Source: an uncultured Smithella sp. (GTDB lineage Bacteria; Desulfobacterota; Syntrophia; Syntrophales; Smithellaceae). From it: DNA of 64,000 bases. The position numbers and the translations under genes are program-made. Shown here piece after piece: positions 45,822 through 56,719 of this stretch (positions within the stretch are counted from its first letter, which is position 1; every line of letters starts with the position of its first letter). The notes below the pieces were generated by a model that saw only the letters and a list, made by a program, of their open reading frames with translations, searched no databases and was not told the DNA's origin. Location of the stretch: the NCBI GenBank assembly GCA_964394715.1, contig CAYMYR010000004.1, positions 7,007-71,006 of the forward strand, read 5' to 3'.

Positions 45822-48794
45822 ATGGAACTGCGGCAAGTACTAAAAGGCATCGATATCACCGAACATGACACCAATCGGAATGGTCATGTGTCATCGGTTT
45901 GTTACGCCGCAGATCAATGCAGACAGGATTCTCTTTTTGTTGCGATCCAGGGCCTTGTCCATGACGGCCACGATTTTATCAGGCAGGCGCTCGATAACGG
46001 GGCACGTTACATTGTACATCAAAAAGATATCCATGTGCCCGATGGGGTTACGTCAATCCGGGTGCCGGACAGCCGGCGTGCACTGGGCCTGCTGGCAAAA
46101 AATTATTATAGCGATCCTTCTTCCCGGTTGACGCTGATTGGAATTACCGGGACGAGCGGAAAGACGACCGTGGCCTACCTGCTGGAATCCATCCTGACGG
46201 CTGCCGGATTCCGTTGCGGTGTTCTGGGGACTGTCAATTACCGCTATGATGGCAAGACCATACCGGCGCCAAACACGACGCCCGAGTCTTTTGAAATGCA
46301 GAAAATTTTGAGCGAGATGCAAATTTCCGGCGTAACGCATGTGATCGCGGAAGTATCTTCGCATGCACTGGATTTGAAGAGAGTTGATGATTGCGCCTTC
46401 GACCTTGGTATTTTTACCAATCTCAGTCTGGAACACCTGGATTACCATCACGACATGGAAGATTACTTCCAGGCAAAAAAAAGATTTTTTACAGAGATCC
46501 TGCCCAAAAGTAAAAAAGGCAATCCAAAAAAAGTCGTTATCAACCGCGACGATCCCTGGGGACAAAGGCTGCTCGACGAAATCGAACTGCCCGCACTGTC
46601 CTATGGTTTGGAAAAAGGGAGTGAGGCGACCGCGGACAGCGAGGTAATAACACTGGAAGGCATCCGGGCGAAAATCAGCCTGTCCGGTGGAGAAATCACC
46701 GTGACGTCCAGGCTCATCGGCAGATTCAACCTGTCCAACATTCTGGCTGCCGCCTCCGCCGCTTCTGTTCTCGGAATTGCGCCTTCCGCTGTGGAAGCGG
46801 GAATTAAGCAGTTGCCTTTTGTGCCCGGTCGTCTGGAAAGAATCGATTCGACGGCCGGTGTCCATGTTTTTGTTGATTACGCACACAAACCGGATGCGTT
46901 GAAACAGGTGCTGCAGAATCTGGACAAACTCAGGCAAAAAAGAATATTGACTGTTTTTGGCTGTGGTGGTAATCGCGACCGCGCCAAGCGGCCCTTAATG
47001 GGTGAAACGGCATCCATTTACAGCGACCTGACCATCATCACTTCCGATAATCCGCGGAAAGAAGATCCGCTGACAATCATCGGTGAGATTGAGGCGGGGA
47101 TCGACCGGCAAAAGACTGTCAAGGTCTCACCCGATCATCCGGACTTACCGCGGGCCATGAAAGCCTATACGGTGATTGAAAACAGGAAGACTGCTATTAC
47201 GACTGCGGTCAATCTGGCCGAAGCCGGGGATATTGTTTTGATAGCCGGAAAAGGACACGAGGACTATCAGATTTTCGGAACAAAAAAAGTTCCGTTCGAT
47301 GACCGGATTGTCGCAAAACAGGCGCTTCTTTCCAGGGAGGATGATCCTTCGGAGGATACGCCACCGGTATTTTCTCTTGAGGATGTTCTGGCAGTGACCG
47401 GAGGACGACTGATTGCCGGAAACACAGAGAAGACGATTTACGGTATTTCCACAGACTCCAGAAGCATTCAACAGGGCAATCTTTTCATTGCCCTTCAGGG
47501 CGAGAATTTCGACGGACATGCATTTGTGCCCAAGGCGGTGGATTCCGGGGCAGCCGGCGTGATCGTTCACGATGTCAGCCAAATCAGCCCGGAAGCAGTG
47601 GGGAGAACGGCCTGTGTTGTTGAAGTGAAAGATACCCTGAAGGCACTGGGTGATCTGGCACAGGCTTATCGCAGGCGTTTTTCCATCCCTGTGATCGGAC
47701 TGACCGGTTCGTCAGGCAAAACAACGACCAAAGAAATGCTGTCATGCATCCTCCGCCAGGAAAGAAAAGTGCTCAAGACGGAAGGGAATTTCAATAATCT
47801 GATCGGTCTGCCGTACACCATTTTCCGAATGACCGGTCGACACGAAATAGCCGTTTTAGAGATGGGGACCAATACACGGGGTGAAATCAGGAGATTAACA
47901 CAAATTGCCGAACCGGATATCGGAGTGATCACCAATGTCGGTCCCGCACATCTGGAAGGATTTGGCACGGTGGATGCCGTGTGCGAGGAAAAAGGAGATT
48001 TATTCTTTCATATGCGTCCTTCAGGCACAGCGGTGGTCAATCTTGACGATGAAGCGGTTTGCCGGTTGGCCGATCGCTGGTCCGGTCGCCGTGTAACCTT
48101 CAGCATGAGCGCAAGCGCTGATGTCAGTGTCGGCGATATCCGGAAAAACGGCGCAAAAGGAACGACATTCAATCTTCTGATCAACGGCGGGGCATACAAA
48201 GTGGATATGAAAGTGGCAGGCCTGCATAATATCTATAATGCGATGGCTGCTGCAGCGACTGCCGTTGCCTGTGGAATCAGCCCCGAATCGATCCGGCAGG
48301 GGCTGACGATGTTTCACGCAGTGGGCGGACGAATGGAGGTCATCAAGCTCAAAAACGGGGCCTATTTGATCAATGATGCCTACAATGCCAATCCCGCTTC
48401 GGTGCGGGAAGCTTTACTGACCCTCAGGGATCTCAAGAGTGCGCATAACGCATTCGTTTTTTTAGGGGACATGCTGGAACTGGGTGAGGCAGCCAGGGAA
48501 ATGCATCGGCGGGTCGGGATGCTTCTGGCGACGATCGGTGTAACGACCGTTTTTCTGCAGGGGGATTTTGCAGACGTCACCGCGGCAGGCGCGCTTGCAG
48601 GTGGATTGTCGGATGAACAAATTATTTATTTCAGAGATGTTGAAGAGGCGATTGCCCATTTGAAAAAGCAATTACGCAAAGGAGACTGGATTTTGGTCAA
48701 GGGATCCCGACGAATGAAAATGGACAGGATTGTGACGAGAATCTGTGAGGATATGGGTATCTACAAAACAGAAGGTAAAACCCAGGCGGAATAA
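45822..48794 (+). CDS. murE-murF: Fused MurE-MurF (UDP-MurNAc-tripeptide synthetase + UDP-MurNAc-pentapeptide synthetase) in one 990-aa ORF
   Basis: N-terminal half: GITGTSGKTT P-loop and the DNPR (meso-DAP) motif, which identify MurE. Acidic/Pro linker SREDDPSEDTPP (47331-47366). C-terminal half: LFIALQGENFDGH, GLTGSSGKTTT, which identify MurF. No stop or frameshift is visible at the junction. Confidence 0.85.
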   Translation: MELRQVLKGIDITEHDTNRNGHVSSVCYAADQCRQDSLFVAIQGLVHDGHDFIRQALDNGARYIVHQKDIHVPDGVTSIRVPDSRRALGLLAKNYYSDPSSRLTLIGITGTSGKTTVAYLLESILTAAGFRCGVLGTVNYRYDGKTIPAPNTTPESFEMQKILSEMQISGVTHVIAEVSSHALDLKRVDDCAFDLGIFTNLSLEHLDYHHDMEDYFQAKKRFFTEILPKSKKGNPKKVVINRDDPWGQRLLDEIELPALSYGLEKGSEATADSEVITLEGIRAKISLSGGEITVTSRLIGRFNLSNILAAASAASVLGIAPSAVEAGIKQLPFVPGRLERIDSTAGVHVFVDYAHKPDALKQVLQNLDKLRQKRILTVFGCGGNRDRAKRPLMGETASIYSDLTIITSDNPRKEDPLTIIGEIEAGIDRQKTVKVSPDHPDLPRAMKAYTVIENRKTAITTAVNLAEAGDIVLIAGKGHEDYQIFGTKKVPFDDRIVAKQALLSREDDPSEDTPPVFSLEDVLAVTGGRLIAGNTEKTIYGISTDSRSIQQGNLFIALQGENFDGHAFVPKAVDSGAAGVIVHDVSQISPEAVGRTACVVEVKDTLKALGDLAQAYRRRFSIPVIGLTGSSGKTTTKEMLSCILRQERKVLKTEGNFNNLIGLPYTIFRMTGRHEIAVLEMGTNTRGEIRRLTQIAEPDIGVITNVGPAHLEGFGTVDAVCEEKGDLFFHMRPSGTAVVNLDDEAVCRLADRWSGRRVTFSMSASADVSVGDIRKNGAKGTTFNLLINGGAYKVDMKVAGLHNIYNAMAAAATAVACGISPESIRQGLTMFHAVGGRMEVIKLKNGAYLINDAYNANPASVREALLTLRDLKSAHNAFVFLGDMLELGEAAREMHRRVGMLLATIGVTTVFLQGDFADVTAAGALAGGLSDEQIIYFRDVEEAIAHLKKQLRKGDWILVKGSRRMKMDRIVTRICEDMGIYKTEGKTQAE

Positions 48795-48809
48795 ACCGGG
48801 AGCGGAAAA

Positions 48810-49889
48810 GTGATTTACGAATTCATCTATCCTCTGCACACGATGTTTTCATCCTTCAACGTGTTTCGTTATATCACGTTTCGGACAATATTTGCTTCGG
48901 TCACAGCGCTGCTGATATGTCTTCTTATGGGTCGCTGGCTGATTCGCAAACTGCAGCAACTGCAGGTTGATCAGCAGATCAGGGAAGACGGGCCGAAAAC
49001 GCATCTGGGAAAGAAAGGTACACCCACCATGGGAGGGGTGTTGATGATCTTTGCCGTGGTGATTGCCACAGTGCTGTGGGCCAACCTTTCCGTTGTTTAT
49101 ATCTGGATGGTGCTTTTGGTGACAGTCGGGTTTGGCCTGATCGGATTTCTGGATGATTACAAAAAACTGGCCGCAAAGAGTTCCCGGGGAGTTTCGGGCA
49201 ATAAGAGACTTGCCGCGGAAATCATCATCGCTCTTTTTATCGGCCTTATTTTATATTTCAAACCGGGTTTTAGCACACAGGTGACAATTCCGTTCTTTAA
49301 AACCGTTCTGCCCAATCTGGGCTGGGGCTACATTTTGCTTTGTGCTTTCGTTATTGTCGGGGCGGCTAATGCCGTTAACCTGACGGATGGACTGGATGGT
49401 CTGGCGACCGGCCCGGCAGGCATCTGTTTTGCTACGTATCTGCTGTTTGCTTATTTTGCCGGCAACGTGAAAGTTGCCCATTATCTGCAAATTCCCTATG
49501 TTCCCGGCGCCGGTGAGTTGTCGGTGTTTTGCGGGGCTTTGATGGGAGCTGCTCTGGGCTTTCTATGGTTTAATGCCTATCCGGCGGAAATATTCATGGG
49601 AGACGTCGGATCGCTTTCGATGGGCGGAGCGCTGGGTACGGTGGCGGTGATAACCAAGCAGGAAATTCTGCTGGCGATTGTCGGGGGCGTTTTTGTCATG
49701 GAAACTTTTTCCGTCATCTTCCAGGTCGGTTATTTTAAACTGACAGGCGGCAAAAGAATTTTCAGGATGGCGCCGATTCATCATCATTTTGAGCTCAAGG
49801 GCTGGGCGGAGCCAAAGGTCATCGTCCGGTTCTGGATTATTTCAATTTTGCTTGCACTTCTGGCCATCGGCACACTGAAGCTGCGTTAG
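48810..49889 (+). CDS. mraY: Phospho-N-acetylmuramoyl-pentapeptide transferase MraY
   Basis: 359 aa, 10 TM helices, conserved [32 protein letters not shown] start. Confidence 0.95.
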   Translation: MIYEFIYPLHTMFSSFNVFRYITFRTIFASVTALLICLLMGRWLIRKLQQLQVDQQIREDGPKTHLGKKGTPTMGGVLMIFAVVIATVLWANLSVVYIWMVLLVTVGFGLIGFLDDYKKLAAKSSRGVSGNKRLAAEIIIALFIGLILYFKPGFSTQVTIPFFKTVLPNLGWGYILLCAFVIVGAANAVNLTDGLDGLATGPAGICFATYLLFAYFAGNVKVAHYLQIPYVPGAGELSVFCGALMGAALGFLWFNAYPAEIFMGDVGSLSMGGALGTVAVITKQEILLAIVGGVFVMETFSVIFQVGYFKLTGGKRIFRMAPIHHHFELKGWAEPKVIVRFWIISILLALLAIGTLKLR

Positions 49890-49896
49890 AGGAGTC

Positions 49897-51240
49897 ATGG
49901 AACTGAAGGGAAAGAAAATAGTTGTCATCGGCATGGGGAAAACGGGGATCGCTACAGCATCGTTTCTGGGAGCCCGCGGTGCGGTCGTTGTTGCGGTCGA
50001 TGAAAAGCCTTTAGGTCAGTGGGGAGAAGGTTTTGAGCCGCTGGCCGGTCAACCCTGGCTTAAAACCGGCAACTACGATGCAACGGTCCTCGATGGTGTC
50101 GATCTGGTGGTGCCTTCACCCGGGATTCCGCCCGGTAATGATATTTTATCAGCCGCACAAAAAAAGGGGATCTTGATCATCGGCGAGCTTGAGCTGGCCT
50201 GCCGCTTTATCCGGGTGCCCATTATTGCAGTGACGGGCACCAACGGGAAGACCACGGCAACTACTCTGCTGGGGAGGATCCTGGCTTATTCGGGGAAGAA
50301 AATATTTATCGGCGGGAATATCGGCAATCCCCTGATTGAATATGCCGGTTTTCCGCAGAATGATGATTTTATTGTAGCCGAGATCAGCAGTTTCCAACTG
50401 CAGTGGACCAGTACCTTCCGGCCACACGCAGCCGTTCTGCTCAATATTACATGCGACCATGTCAATTATCACGGCTCTTTTGAAGCATACCGGCAGGTCA
50501 AGGCAGGCATATTTAAGAATCAGCAGGAGACTGACCTGGCAATTCTCAATGCTGAGGATGATGCGCAGAAGGGGCTGGCTGAGTCAATCCGATCGCAGGT
50601 CGTTTTATTCAGTTCGAAACGAAGTCTGACCCCTGGAATTTTCTTGGGGGAGGAGACAATTGTTTTCTCAAGGCCGGATGGAACGGAGGAACATTATCCT
50701 TTGAGCATGATTTCGCTTCCCGGTTTGCATAATGTGGAAAATGTGATGGCGGTAGTGGCGGCGGCACGCTTCTGCGGCTGTTCACCTGAAAACATTATCA
50801 AGGCCGTATCAGGTTTTCGCGGGTTGCCCCATCGCATTGAATTTGCCGGAGAAAAAAACGAAGTCAAATTCTACGATGACTCCAAGGGGACCAATGTGGA
50901 TGCCGTTGCCCGCGCACTTCAGACATTCTCCTCACCGGTCATTCTGCTTCTGGGCGGAAGGGATAAAGACGGAAATTTTGAAGTGTTGAAACCGCTGCTT
51001 GGCGAAAAAACAAAGCAGGTCATCCTGTTTGGCGAGGCCCGAGAACGCATAGAGCCGCAGATCAGTCCGGGCACACCGATCAGCAAGGAAGTGACATTGA
51101 AAGCGGCCATTCAAAGCGCTTATCGTATTGCGCAGCCAGGAGACATCGTGCTGTTGTCGCCCGGATGCGCCAGTTTTGACGAATTTGCCAATTACAAGGA
51201 ACGGGGAAACTTTTTCAGGGAAGAGGTAAAGAATTTATAA
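49897..51240 (+). CDS. murD: UDP-N-acetylmuramoylalanine--D-glutamate ligase MurD
   Basis: Rossmann N-terminus (VIGMGKTG), P-loop GTNGKTT, DDSKGTN. Confidence 0.9.
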   Translation: MELKGKKIVVIGMGKTGIATASFLGARGAVVVAVDEKPLGQWGEGFEPLAGQPWLKTGNYDATVLDGVDLVVPSPGIPPGNDILSAAQKKGILIIGELELACRFIRVPIIAVTGTNGKTTATTLLGRILAYSGKKIFIGGNIGNPLIEYAGFPQNDDFIVAEISSFQLQWTSTFRPHAAVLLNITCDHVNYHGSFEAYRQVKAGIFKNQQETDLAILNAEDDAQKGLAESIRSQVVLFSSKRSLTPGIFLGEETIVFSRPDGTEEHYPLSMISLPGLHNVENVMAVVAAARFCGCSPENIIKAVSGFRGLPHRIEFAGEKNEVKFYDDSKGTNVDAVARALQTFSSPVILLLGGRDKDGNFEVLKPLLGEKTKQVILFGEARERIEPQISPGTPISKEVTLKAAIQSAYRIAQPGDIVLLSPGCASFDEFANYKERGNFFREEVKNL

Positions 51241-52350
51241 ATGGAATCGGCTGTTAAAAAAGAAACCAATACTCCGGATGTTGTCCTGCTTCTGGTCACC
51301 TTAATTCTGGTGACGGTGGGGACTGCAATGATTTATTCTTCAAGCTCTATTCTGGCCCTGGAGAAGTTCAAAGACGGACAGTTTTTTCTCAAGAAGCATC
51401 TGATTTTTGTTTTGGCCGGCCTGATCATGATGATTGTCATGACAAAAATTCCTTACGAACAGCTGAAAAAAGTGGCTTATCCCGGAGTCCTCCTTTCCGT
51501 TGTTTTGCTGCTCGCACTTTTCATTCCCCATATCGGAATTCGAAGAGGAGGAGCAACCCGCTGGATCAATATGGGTGTGTTTTCGTTTCAGGTCACCGAA
51601 CTGGTGAAAGTGGCCATGGTCATTTTCCTCGCTCATCTCCTCACGCGAAAAGTACATCATCTCAAAAAATTCAGCCGTGGTGTCGCTGTTCCTCTTTCGG
51701 TGTCTGCCATAATTATGGGATTGATCATTCTGCAGCCGGATTTCGGGACGGTGGTCATCATTGCATCGATTCTTCTTCTGATGCTGTCTCTGGCCGGTTC
51801 GCGGATTACCCACCTGATGTTTCTGGGTGCAGCATTCATTCCGATGGGCGTCTGGTTGATCATGACCAAGGGGTATCGGATGGCGCGGCTTACGGCGTTT
51901 CTGGATCCATGGAAAGATCCGGACAATACCGGTTTCCAGCTGATCCAGTCTCTGATTTCTTTCGGATCAGGCGGTGTGATTGGTACAGGCATCGGCGACG
52001 GCATGCAGAAATTGTTTTATCTTCCGGAACCGCACACGGATTTTATTCTGGCGGTCATCGCGGAGGAAAGCGGTTTTATCGGAGTGGCGATCGTCATCTT
52101 CATGTTTATTTTCTTCCTGCTGCGCGGCTTCATGATTGCCTTTCGCGCGCCGGACCTTTTCGGGACTTTACTGGCTGCGGGATTGACAATGCTGATCACC
52201 ATGCAGGCGTTCATTAATATTGCGGGCGTGATGGGGCTTATTCCTTTAAAGGGACTGGCCCTGCCTTTTTTAAGTTACGGGGGTACGTCTTTCGTCATGA
52301 GCATGCTGATAGTGGGAATCCTGCTGAATATTTCCACACAGCGGACGTGA
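51241..52350 (+). CDS. ftsW: SEDS-family peptidoglycan polymerase FtsW
   Basis: 369 aa, 10 TM helices, conserved FQ.SE..K, LQPDFGT, LPE.HTDFI. dcw position. Confidence 0.9.
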   Translation: MESAVKKETNTPDVVLLLVTLILVTVGTAMIYSSSSILALEKFKDGQFFLKKHLIFVLAGLIMMIVMTKIPYEQLKKVAYPGVLLSVVLLLALFIPHIGIRRGGATRWINMGVFSFQVTELVKVAMVIFLAHLLTRKVHHLKKFSRGVAVPLSVSAIIMGLIILQPDFGTVVIIASILLLMLSLAGSRITHLMFLGAAFIPMGVWLIMTKGYRMARLTAFLDPWKDPDNTGFQLIQSLISFGSGGVIGTGIGDGMQKLFYLPEPHTDFILAVIAEESGFIGVAIVIFMFIFFLLRGFMIAFRAPDLFGTLLAAGLTMLITMQAFINIAGVMGLIPLKGLALPFLSYGGTSFVMSMLIVGILLNISTQRT

Positions 52351-52351
52351 C

Positions 52352-53467
52352 GTGCATGGAATACCGCGCGGGGAGAGGAAGAAAACAGTGCGCATCGTTA
52401 TTGCTGGAGGAGGAACAGGCGGTCATTTGTTTCCCGGCATTGCCGTCGCGGAGGAATTTCTAAAACGCGATCCTCAAAACAGGGTGATTTTCATTGGTAC
52501 AAAAAGGGGGATTGAACACAGACTGCTGGGATCGTTGGGCTACGAGCTTAAAGAAATTGATGTGGAAGGTTTAATGGGAAGGGGAATAAGAGCATTGATA
52601 AAAGGCGTTTATGCGATACCGAACAGCATGTTGCAGTCCAGACGGATCCTGAAGTCCTTCAGGCCGGATGTTGTCATCGGTGTCGGCGGTTATGCTTCGG
52701 GCCCTGCGGTGATGGCCGCCTGGTTGATGCGCATTCCCACCGCCATAGCCGAGCAGAACGCTCTGGCGGGAAATACAAATCGTATTCTCGGCAGGTTTGT
52801 GGATAAAATATTTGTTACCTATGAACAGAGCAAAAATCAGTTTTCATCGGGCAAGGTGATGGTCACGGGTAATCCGGTAAGGGCGGCTTTTACAGAGCGT
52901 CTGGGCAATCCGGTTCCCCGAAAATCCATCCGTCAGATTCTGGTTTTTGGCGGTTCGCAGGGAGCGGCGGCCATCAATAAAGCGGTGGTGGCCATGCTGC
53001 CTCATCTGCAGAAGATGAAAGATTCCCTGAAGATTGTTCACCAGACCGGGGAACGCGATCTGGTAATGGTGAAGAAAGCTTATGAGCAGTATGGACTGGA
53101 TGCCCGGGTGAGTCCGTTTATCGAGGATATGGTGTCCGCTTATGAATTGTCCGATCTGATCATCTGCCGTGCGGGAGCGACATCCCTGGCTGAAATTACT
53201 GCGGCGGGGCGCGCTTCGATTCTCATTCCCTTCCCGTGGGCGGCAAATGATCATCAGACATTGAACGCACAGGCGATGGTTGAAGCGGGGGCCGCTGAGA
53301 TGATCAAAGAGAGCGAACTCACGCCGGAGACATTGTTTGCGCTGGTGGAATCCCTTCTGTCGGATGAACGGAAATTGCGGGACATGGAAGACAGATCCAG
53401 AAAAGCCGGAAGGCTGGATGCCGCCGCAAAAATCGTGGATGCCTGCCTTCAGCTGGCAGTCCAATAA
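52352..53467 (+). CDS. murG: Undecaprenyldiphospho-muramoylpentapeptide beta-N-acetylglucosaminyltransferase MurG
   Basis: GGGTGGHLFPG motif, GT28 C-terminal domain. GTG 52388 (VRIVIAGGG) is a plausible alternative start. Confidence 0.9.
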   Translation: MHGIPRGERKKTVRIVIAGGGTGGHLFPGIAVAEEFLKRDPQNRVIFIGTKRGIEHRLLGSLGYELKEIDVEGLMGRGIRALIKGVYAIPNSMLQSRRILKSFRPDVVIGVGGYASGPAVMAAWLMRIPTAIAEQNALAGNTNRILGRFVDKIFVTYEQSKNQFSSGKVMVTGNPVRAAFTERLGNPVPRKSIRQILVFGGSQGAAAINKAVVAMLPHLQKMKDSLKIVHQTGERDLVMVKKAYEQYGLDARVSPFIEDMVSAYELSDLIICRAGATSLAEITAAGRASILIPFPWAANDHQTLNAQAMVEAGAAEMIKESELTPETLFALVESLLSDERKLRDMEDRSRKAGRLDAAAKIVDACLQLAVQ

Positions 53468-53503
53468 ACGGCTGAAAAACATTACATAGGAAGAAGTGAA
53501 GCA

Positions 53504-54916
53504 ATGGGAAAAGATCGAGAGACCGGGTTCATGCAGCGCAAAGTCAAGCGCATTCATTTTGTCGGCATCGGCGGTATCGGCATGAGCGGTATTGCCGAGG
53601 TATTACTGAACCTTGGTTATGGCATCAGCGGCTCGGATGTTCTGGTTTCCGATACAACGAAGCGGCTGCAGCAGCTGGGTGCGAAAGTTGCTGTTGGACA
53701 CGCGGCGGAAAATATCGGAAACGCAGACGTGGTTGTAACATCTACAGCGGTCAAGACGGACAATCCGGAAGTGATTGAGGCGCATGAGAAAAATGTTCCG
53801 GTCATTCCCCGGGCGGAAATGCTTGCGGAGCTTCTGAAAATGAAGTTTTCCGTTGCCGTTTCCGGAAGCCATGGGAAAACAACGACAACCTCCATGGTGT
53901 CTACAATCCTTGCGCGGGGCGGTCTGGACCCGACCATGGTGATCGGTGGGAAACTGGCCAGTATTGGCTCCAATGCGCGTCTGGGCGACGGCGACATCAT
54001 TGTTGCTGAAGCCGATGAGAGTGACGGTTCGTTTTTAAAACTGTCGCCGACGATTGCCGTGATTACCAACATTGATCGTGAACATCTTGACTATTACCCG
54101 GGCATTGAAGAAATCAAGGACGCTTTCCTGAAGTTTGCCAACATTGTTCCCTTCTATGGCTGTGTTGTGATGTGCAATGACAATGAGCATATCCGCGAGA
54201 TTGCCGGATCCATCAAGCGCCGGGTCATTACATACGGCATTGAGCATCCTTCGGACTATACCGCGAGGGACATCCGCTTTCTGGAAACAAAAACCGTTTA
54301 CCAATTATTTTATCATGAAGAGAACCTGGGGGATGTCGAATTGTTCGTCCCGGGGCTTTTTAATGTTTACAACTCGATGGCCGCCGCGGCGGTGGGGCGG
54401 GAGCTGGCACTGGATATGGAGACGGTCAAAAGAGGTTTACAGAGCTTTTCAGGAGTCCAGCGGCGCCTGGAAATCAAAGGCCATTCCCGGGGGATTACGG
54501 TGGTGGATGATTATGGTCATCACCCGACGGAAATCATGGCGACATTGGCTGCTGCCCGGCAAATGTGGAAAGGACGGCTGATCGTTATTTTCCAGCCGCA
54601 CCGCTTTACGCGCACCCAGGCACTGTTTGATGAATTCACCCGGTCGTTTGGCGATGCAGACTTGCTGCTGCTCAACGATATTTATCCGGCGAGCGAAGCA
54701 CCGATTCCCGGAATCAATTCCGCCGCTCTCTGGGCAGCCATCAAGGAAAACGGCCACCCGCATGTGGAATATATCGGTCAGGCGCAGAACACAGTGGACT
54801 TTCTGCTGGCCAATACAAAACCAGGCGACACGGTGATCACCCTGGGTGCGGGCAGTGTATATAAAATCGGTGAAGTTTTTTTGGAGCAGCTGGACAGCCG
54901 GGGAGAGAATAAATGA
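53504..54916 (+). CDS. murC: UDP-N-acetylmuramate--L-alanine ligase MurC
   Basis: IHFVGIGGIGMSGIAEVL, P-loop GSHGKTTTT, DDYGHHPTEI. Confidence 0.9.
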   Translation: MGKDRETGFMQRKVKRIHFVGIGGIGMSGIAEVLLNLGYGISGSDVLVSDTTKRLQQLGAKVAVGHAAENIGNADVVVTSTAVKTDNPEVIEAHEKNVPVIPRAEMLAELLKMKFSVAVSGSHGKTTTTSMVSTILARGGLDPTMVIGGKLASIGSNARLGDGDIIVAEADESDGSFLKLSPTIAVITNIDREHLDYYPGIEEIKDAFLKFANIVPFYGCVVMCNDNEHIREIAGSIKRRVITYGIEHPSDYTARDIRFLETKTVYQLFYHEENLGDVELFVPGLFNVYNSMAAAAVGRELALDMETVKRGLQSFSGVQRRLEIKGHSRGITVVDDYGHHPTEIMATLAAARQMWKGRLIVIFQPHRFTRTQALFDEFTRSFGDADLLLLNDIYPASEAPIPGINSAALWAAIKENGHPHVEYIGQAQNTVDFLLANTKPGDTVITLGAGSVYKIGEVFLEQLDSRGENK

Positions 54917-55842
54917 CGGCACGCAGTCAGGCCATACAGGAAGTACTGAGTGGCATGGATATTGGTAAAATCTGGTATGATGAACCGATGTCGCGTCATG
55001 CTTCCCTCAAGCTGGGAGGCAGGGTAGACGCGCTGGTCCTGGTAGAGTCAGAAAGTCAGCTCAAGGAACTGATTCAAAGACTCACAGCGGGAAATATTCC
55101 CTTTATGCCGGTGGGCAATCTCACCAACATCATTGTGCGTGACGGCGGATACCGTGGGGTCATGTTATGGATGCATGGATTGGATCAGGCTGCCTGTGAG
55201 GCAGCGGAAGGGGGACAATACTTCATTCGCGCACAGGCTGGTGTTGGACTCTCGCGGGTTGTGGGACTTGCGGCCGCGGAGGAATTGACGGGCCTGGAGT
55301 TCTGCACGGGAATTCCCGGAAGTGTGGGGGGAGCCGTCTGGATGAACGCCGGTGCATATGGAACGGAAATCAAGGACGTCGTTTCCAGTGTTACAGTAAT
55401 CGACGGCCATGCGGAAAGGAAAATATTGCGGCGTGATGAAATTGTCTTTGCCTATCGCCTGTCAAACCTGCCCGCGGATGTCATTGTGTGCGGAGCCTGT
55501 TTTGTATTGAAAAAGGGCAGTGAAGCGCAGATTCGGGAGCGGATGGCCCAGATCATGAAATGGAGGCAGGAAAAGCATCCACTGCAGTATCCCAGCGCGG
55601 GTTCGGTTTTTAAGAACCTGCCCGGGCTTCCTGCAGGTAGATTGATTGAAGAACTGGGCTTGAAAGGGATGAGGCGAGGTGATGCTCAGGTCTCGAAACA
55701 GCACGCCAATTTTATTATCAACAAAGGCCGGGGAACCGCTCAGGACGTGATTACGCTGATCACGATGATTCAGGAGAAGGCCCGAAAAGAAAGAGGTGTC
55801 GAACTGGAAACAGAAGTGAAGATTATTGGAGAGAACCCATGA
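54913..55842 (+). CDS. murB: UDP-N-acetylenolpyruvoylglucosamine reductase MurB
   Basis: FAD-binding PCMH domain (GNLTNIIV), catalytic region (SAGSVFKNL, GDAQVSKQHANFIIN). Overlaps murC by 4 nt. Confidence 0.9.
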   Translation: MTARSQAIQEVLSGMDIGKIWYDEPMSRHASLKLGGRVDALVLVESESQLKELIQRLTAGNIPFMPVGNLTNIIVRDGGYRGVMLWMHGLDQAACEAAEGGQYFIRAQAGVGLSRVVGLAAAEELTGLEFCTGIPGSVGGAVWMNAGAYGTEIKDVVSSVTVIDGHAERKILRRDEIVFAYRLSNLPADVIVCGACFVLKKGSEAQIRERMAQIMKWRQEKHPLQYPSAGSVFKNLPGLPAGRLIEELGLKGMRRGDAQVSKQHANFIINKGRGTAQDVITLITMIQEKARKERGVELETEVKIIGENP

Positions 55843-56684
55843 ATGGAAGAATGAAAGTCAGCCTGGAAGCCAAAAAGAACCGACTGCGCCGGCGCATCAT
55901 CGGTGCTTTGGGGGAATCTCTGGGTGCGATGAGCCTGCTCGCCGCAGCGACCGTTCTGGGTGCCCTGTTTGTTTATTCCTACAGCACGATTTTGAGTTCT
56001 CCGTACTTTTCGATCAGGGAAATATCCGTGCGCGGGGTTAAAGAGCTGACGGAAAAGGACATTCTGGCCTCGGCAAAAATCAGGATGCGTTCGAATATCC
56101 TGTCCGTCAACACAGATGCCGTGGCTAAACGAATATCCGTGAATCCCTGGATTAAAAGTGTCTATGTCGGCAGGGAGCTTCCGGATCGTCTTGTCCTGGA
56201 GGTCCGTGAGCGGACACCGGTTGCTCTGGTCAAGCAGGCAGGTGCTTTGTATCTGATGGATGTGGATGGATTCGTTTTCAAGAAATTGTCCAGGGCCGAT
56301 GAAGTGGACCTGGCCATTCTGTCGGGTGTGGATGTCCGGGCAAAATCAGCATCCGTGCTTGTTGGCGAAGCGCTGAAACTTCTGGAGAAGCTTTCTGCCG
56401 AAGATCATCATACGTTTCTTGGGGAGGTTTCAGAAATTCACGTTGATGAGGTGTTTGGCTTATCCATTTTGACGGATAAAGGTCTCCATTTGAAGCTGGG
56501 TCGGGAGAATTTCGCAGGCAAATTGAATCAACTGCAAGTTGTTCTGGCGGACCTGGAAAAGAGAGGGTTGAAAAATGGTCATTTGTTTGTTGATCTGGCC
56601 GATATTTCCAAGGTGACTGTGCAGCGCAAGGACACGCTCGGAAAGGCGCAGGATAGGAAAAAAGGACCTCAGTACAGTATATAA
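55839..56684 (+). CDS. ftsQ: Cell division protein FtsQ (POTRA domain)
   Basis: 281 aa. TM anchor, POTRA (IREISVRG...), FtsQ-type beta domain. dcw position. Confidence 0.8.
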   Translation: MNGRMKVSLEAKKNRLRRRIIGALGESLGAMSLLAAATVLGALFVYSYSTILSSPYFSIREISVRGVKELTEKDILASAKIRMRSNILSVNTDAVAKRISVNPWIKSVYVGRELPDRLVLEVRERTPVALVKQAGALYLMDVDGFVFKKLSRADEVDLAILSGVDVRAKSASVLVGEALKLLEKLSAEDHHTFLGEVSEIHVDEVFGLSILTDKGLHLKLGRENFAGKLNQLQVVLADLEKRGLKNGHLFVDLADISKVTVQRKDTLGKAQDRKKGPQYSI

Positions 56685-56719
56685 ATGAATGCCTGACGGC
56701 TGTGAAGAAGGGTGACATT

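Noticed and set aside
46053-46937. 294-aa minus-strand ORF antisense to murE. The same applies to 52844-53557 (antisense to murG), 56278-57072 (antisense to ftsQ/ftsA) and 23691-24293 (antisense to ctpA).
   Set aside because: All lie opposite strongly supported conserved genes and have low-complexity Arg/Pro/Ser-rich translations. They are shadow ORFs of GC-rich coding DNA.
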